Assembly (NCBI GenBank): GCA_019058445.1
Contig: JAHPZA010000006.1
Span: forward strand, 384,001 to 448,000
Source of the DNA: Promethearchaeota archaeon
Lineage (GTDB): Archaea > Asgardarchaeota > Lokiarchaeia > Sigyniarchaeales > SOKP01
DNA length: 64,000 nt
Direction of reading: 5' to 3'
The translations under genes were made by a program, and so were the position numbers. The notes beneath the pieces were generated by a model. The model saw nothing but the letters and a program-made list of their open reading frames with translations. It ran no database searches and was not told where the DNA came from. Numbering within the stretch: the stretch's first letter is position 1; every line of letters starts with the position of its first letter. Of the stretch, positions 62,439-64,000 are shown in pieces.

Positions 62439-64000
62439 TTATTTAAAAAATCTTCTGTCTCTTGCAATATGTTTGAAAATCCACATTACTAAATTCTTCT
62501 TTTGATCGGGGGTCCAACCGCTCCACGTTTCTAAAGTATTATATCCATGATCAACCATTAAATCAGGAAATGGTCCAAGATTAACTTCATTCCAAACGAT
62601 GTTTGCTGTAATAATTGTTCTCCCGTTAGGATCCTCATTGTTAGGAATTTTAATGGTCATAGGGATCTCTTCAAATCTATTTGGGTCGATTTTATACTTT
62701 GAGTCTTTCAAGTCAGCATCCCAATTATCAGGGAGATTTAACTTAATTTGTACCGATGAAGTTGTATTGAGGTAGTTCCGTATTACTAAATTGGTTTTAA
62801 ATTCCCTTCCGGGTTCTGATATCACTCGAATCGGCTTAAAACTTATCCAATTAGGGTCAAAACCCATGTTTGGGTCATCTTGAGCAACTATCTCAGCTAC
62901 AATCGACTCATATTCCGATACATATTTCTTATATTCTTCTAAAAGCTCTCGATTTACTTTAATGATTCCATAATGGCTAATCGCTAAATATTCCGGATTG
63001 CATTTTAATAAAATATCAGCACATTTCATGTGTCCTACATTTTCACCCAATCGACAATAGTTTATACAATTCATATTATTAAATCTATTTTCCCAGAGTA
63101 ACTGCGCAATACTGTCTCCTGTCCAAAAAACACTCTTTCCGTCAACCTTACCAAACATTCCCATATGATATTCAGTTTGACCCGGAAAATGAAAAATCTG
63201 AAATTCATACTCATCCCACTTTAAAACTTCCCCTTCTTTTAACACTCGGTCCACCTTGATTGGAGTCTCTGTAAGGCATCCAATTCTATAATGGGTTGGG
63301 TTTTCTAATACGTCTACAATGTTTTCAAAAGCGTATATTTTTATGCCTCGTTTTTGCAATAGATCAAAGCCCGCAGTGTGATCATCATGATAATGTGTAG
63401 GAATTACAAAATCAATGTGTTTAATACCATTTTCCTCTAAAAGTTTATTTAATTGAGCTTCTGTATATCCAAAAAAACTACATCCCGCAAAATCAATAAG
63501 AATACAATTCTCATGGCTTCCCTTAAGAATATAGGGAGGGCTAAATCCTTTATGTAGAATACTGGGAAAATATTCTTCAAGATCTACCATTGGAATTCCT
63601 ATTTGCTCATGTTCTTCAGTGAAAATATATTCAATGCTGGCATTTCTCGTGGCAAAAATATTCCTTGCACGTTCAAATCTGGCGGTTAAAGCTTTAATTT
63701 CACTTCTAGGGTCCTTAACTAGATCTCCATGAGAGGGTAAAAGCATATCAGGTTGATTATCCAAAAGTTTTTTAAACGATTCAAAAGACCGGACAATACC
63801 ATTTTCTCCATTATCATTATAAATATATTCTAAATCATAATAAGTTATTACCTTCCCTCCTGAATGAATCAAATCCCCAGTAAACGCCAACTTTTTACCT
63901 TCAATCTCTAATAAATAAGAAATACTGCCCGTCGTATGCCCGGCTGTTTCGAGTATCTTCAATTTGTAAGGTCCAAATTCAAAAATATCGCCTTCCTTAA
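62439..64000 (-). CDS. Tandem metallo-beta-lactamase-fold hydrolase, 5' end outside the window
   Basis: GHT..FTGD..PSHG, then THYHDDH, PGQT, TGD. Confidence 0.8.
   Translation of the reverse strand, partial: KEGDIFEFGPYKLKILETAGHTTGSISYLLEIEGKKLAFTGDLIHSGGKVITYYDLEYIYNDNGENGIVRSFESFKKLLDNQPDMLLPSHGDLVKDPRSEIKALTARFERARNIFATRNASIEYIFTEEHEQIGIPMVDLEEYFPSILHKGFSPPYILKGSHENCILIDFAGCSFFGYTEAQLNKLLEENGIKHIDFVIPTHYHDDHTAGFDLLQKRGIKIYAFENIVDVLENPTHYRIGCLTETPIKVDRVLKEGEVLKWDEYEFQIFHFPGQTEYHMGMFGKVDGKSVFWTGDSIAQLLWENRFNNMNCINYCRLGENVGHMKCADILLKCNPEYLAISHYGIIKVNRELLEEYKKYVSEYESIVAEIVAQDDPNMGFDPNWISFKPIRVISEPGREFKTNLVIRNYLNTTSSVQIKLNLPDNWDADLKDSKYKIDPNRFEEIPMTIKIPNNEDPNGRTIITANIVWNEVNLGPFPDLMVDHGYNTLETWSGWTPDQKKNLVMWIFKHIARDRRFFK

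Noticed and set aside
1-64000. CRISPR arrays, tRNA/rRNA genes, transposases or integrases
   Set aside because: No repeat-spacer periodicity, no GC-rich structured RNA segment, and no transposase or recombinase motifs seen by eye

Overview
AT-rich archaeal genomic window, very probably Asgard (Lokiarchaeia-type). This rests on three stand-alone longin-like proteins, a Rab/Ras-like small GTPase, an alpha-SNAP-like TPR protein, ribosomal protein S26e, DtdA, TrmY and CdhE. It holds housekeeping and metabolic genes, a defence-like island (about 5.5-12.2 kb), and a sulfur/Fe-S cluster (tusA-dsrE-iscS-iscU, a persulfide-reductase-like gene, cooS). Main finding: two protein-coding genes on the minus strand are each interrupted by a short, stop-containing, frame-shifting insert that folds into a bulge-helix-bulge (BHB) motif. 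The inserts are 32 nt in cooS (12802-12833) and 29 nt in rps26e (57913-57941); rps26e is missed by the ORF track. Cutting each at the canonical tRNA-splicing-endonuclease positions restores the conserved reading frame exactly. This points to tRNA-type (EndA/RtcB) introns in mRNAs of an Asgard archaeon. All calls come from reading motifs by eye; no database searches or folding programs were run.
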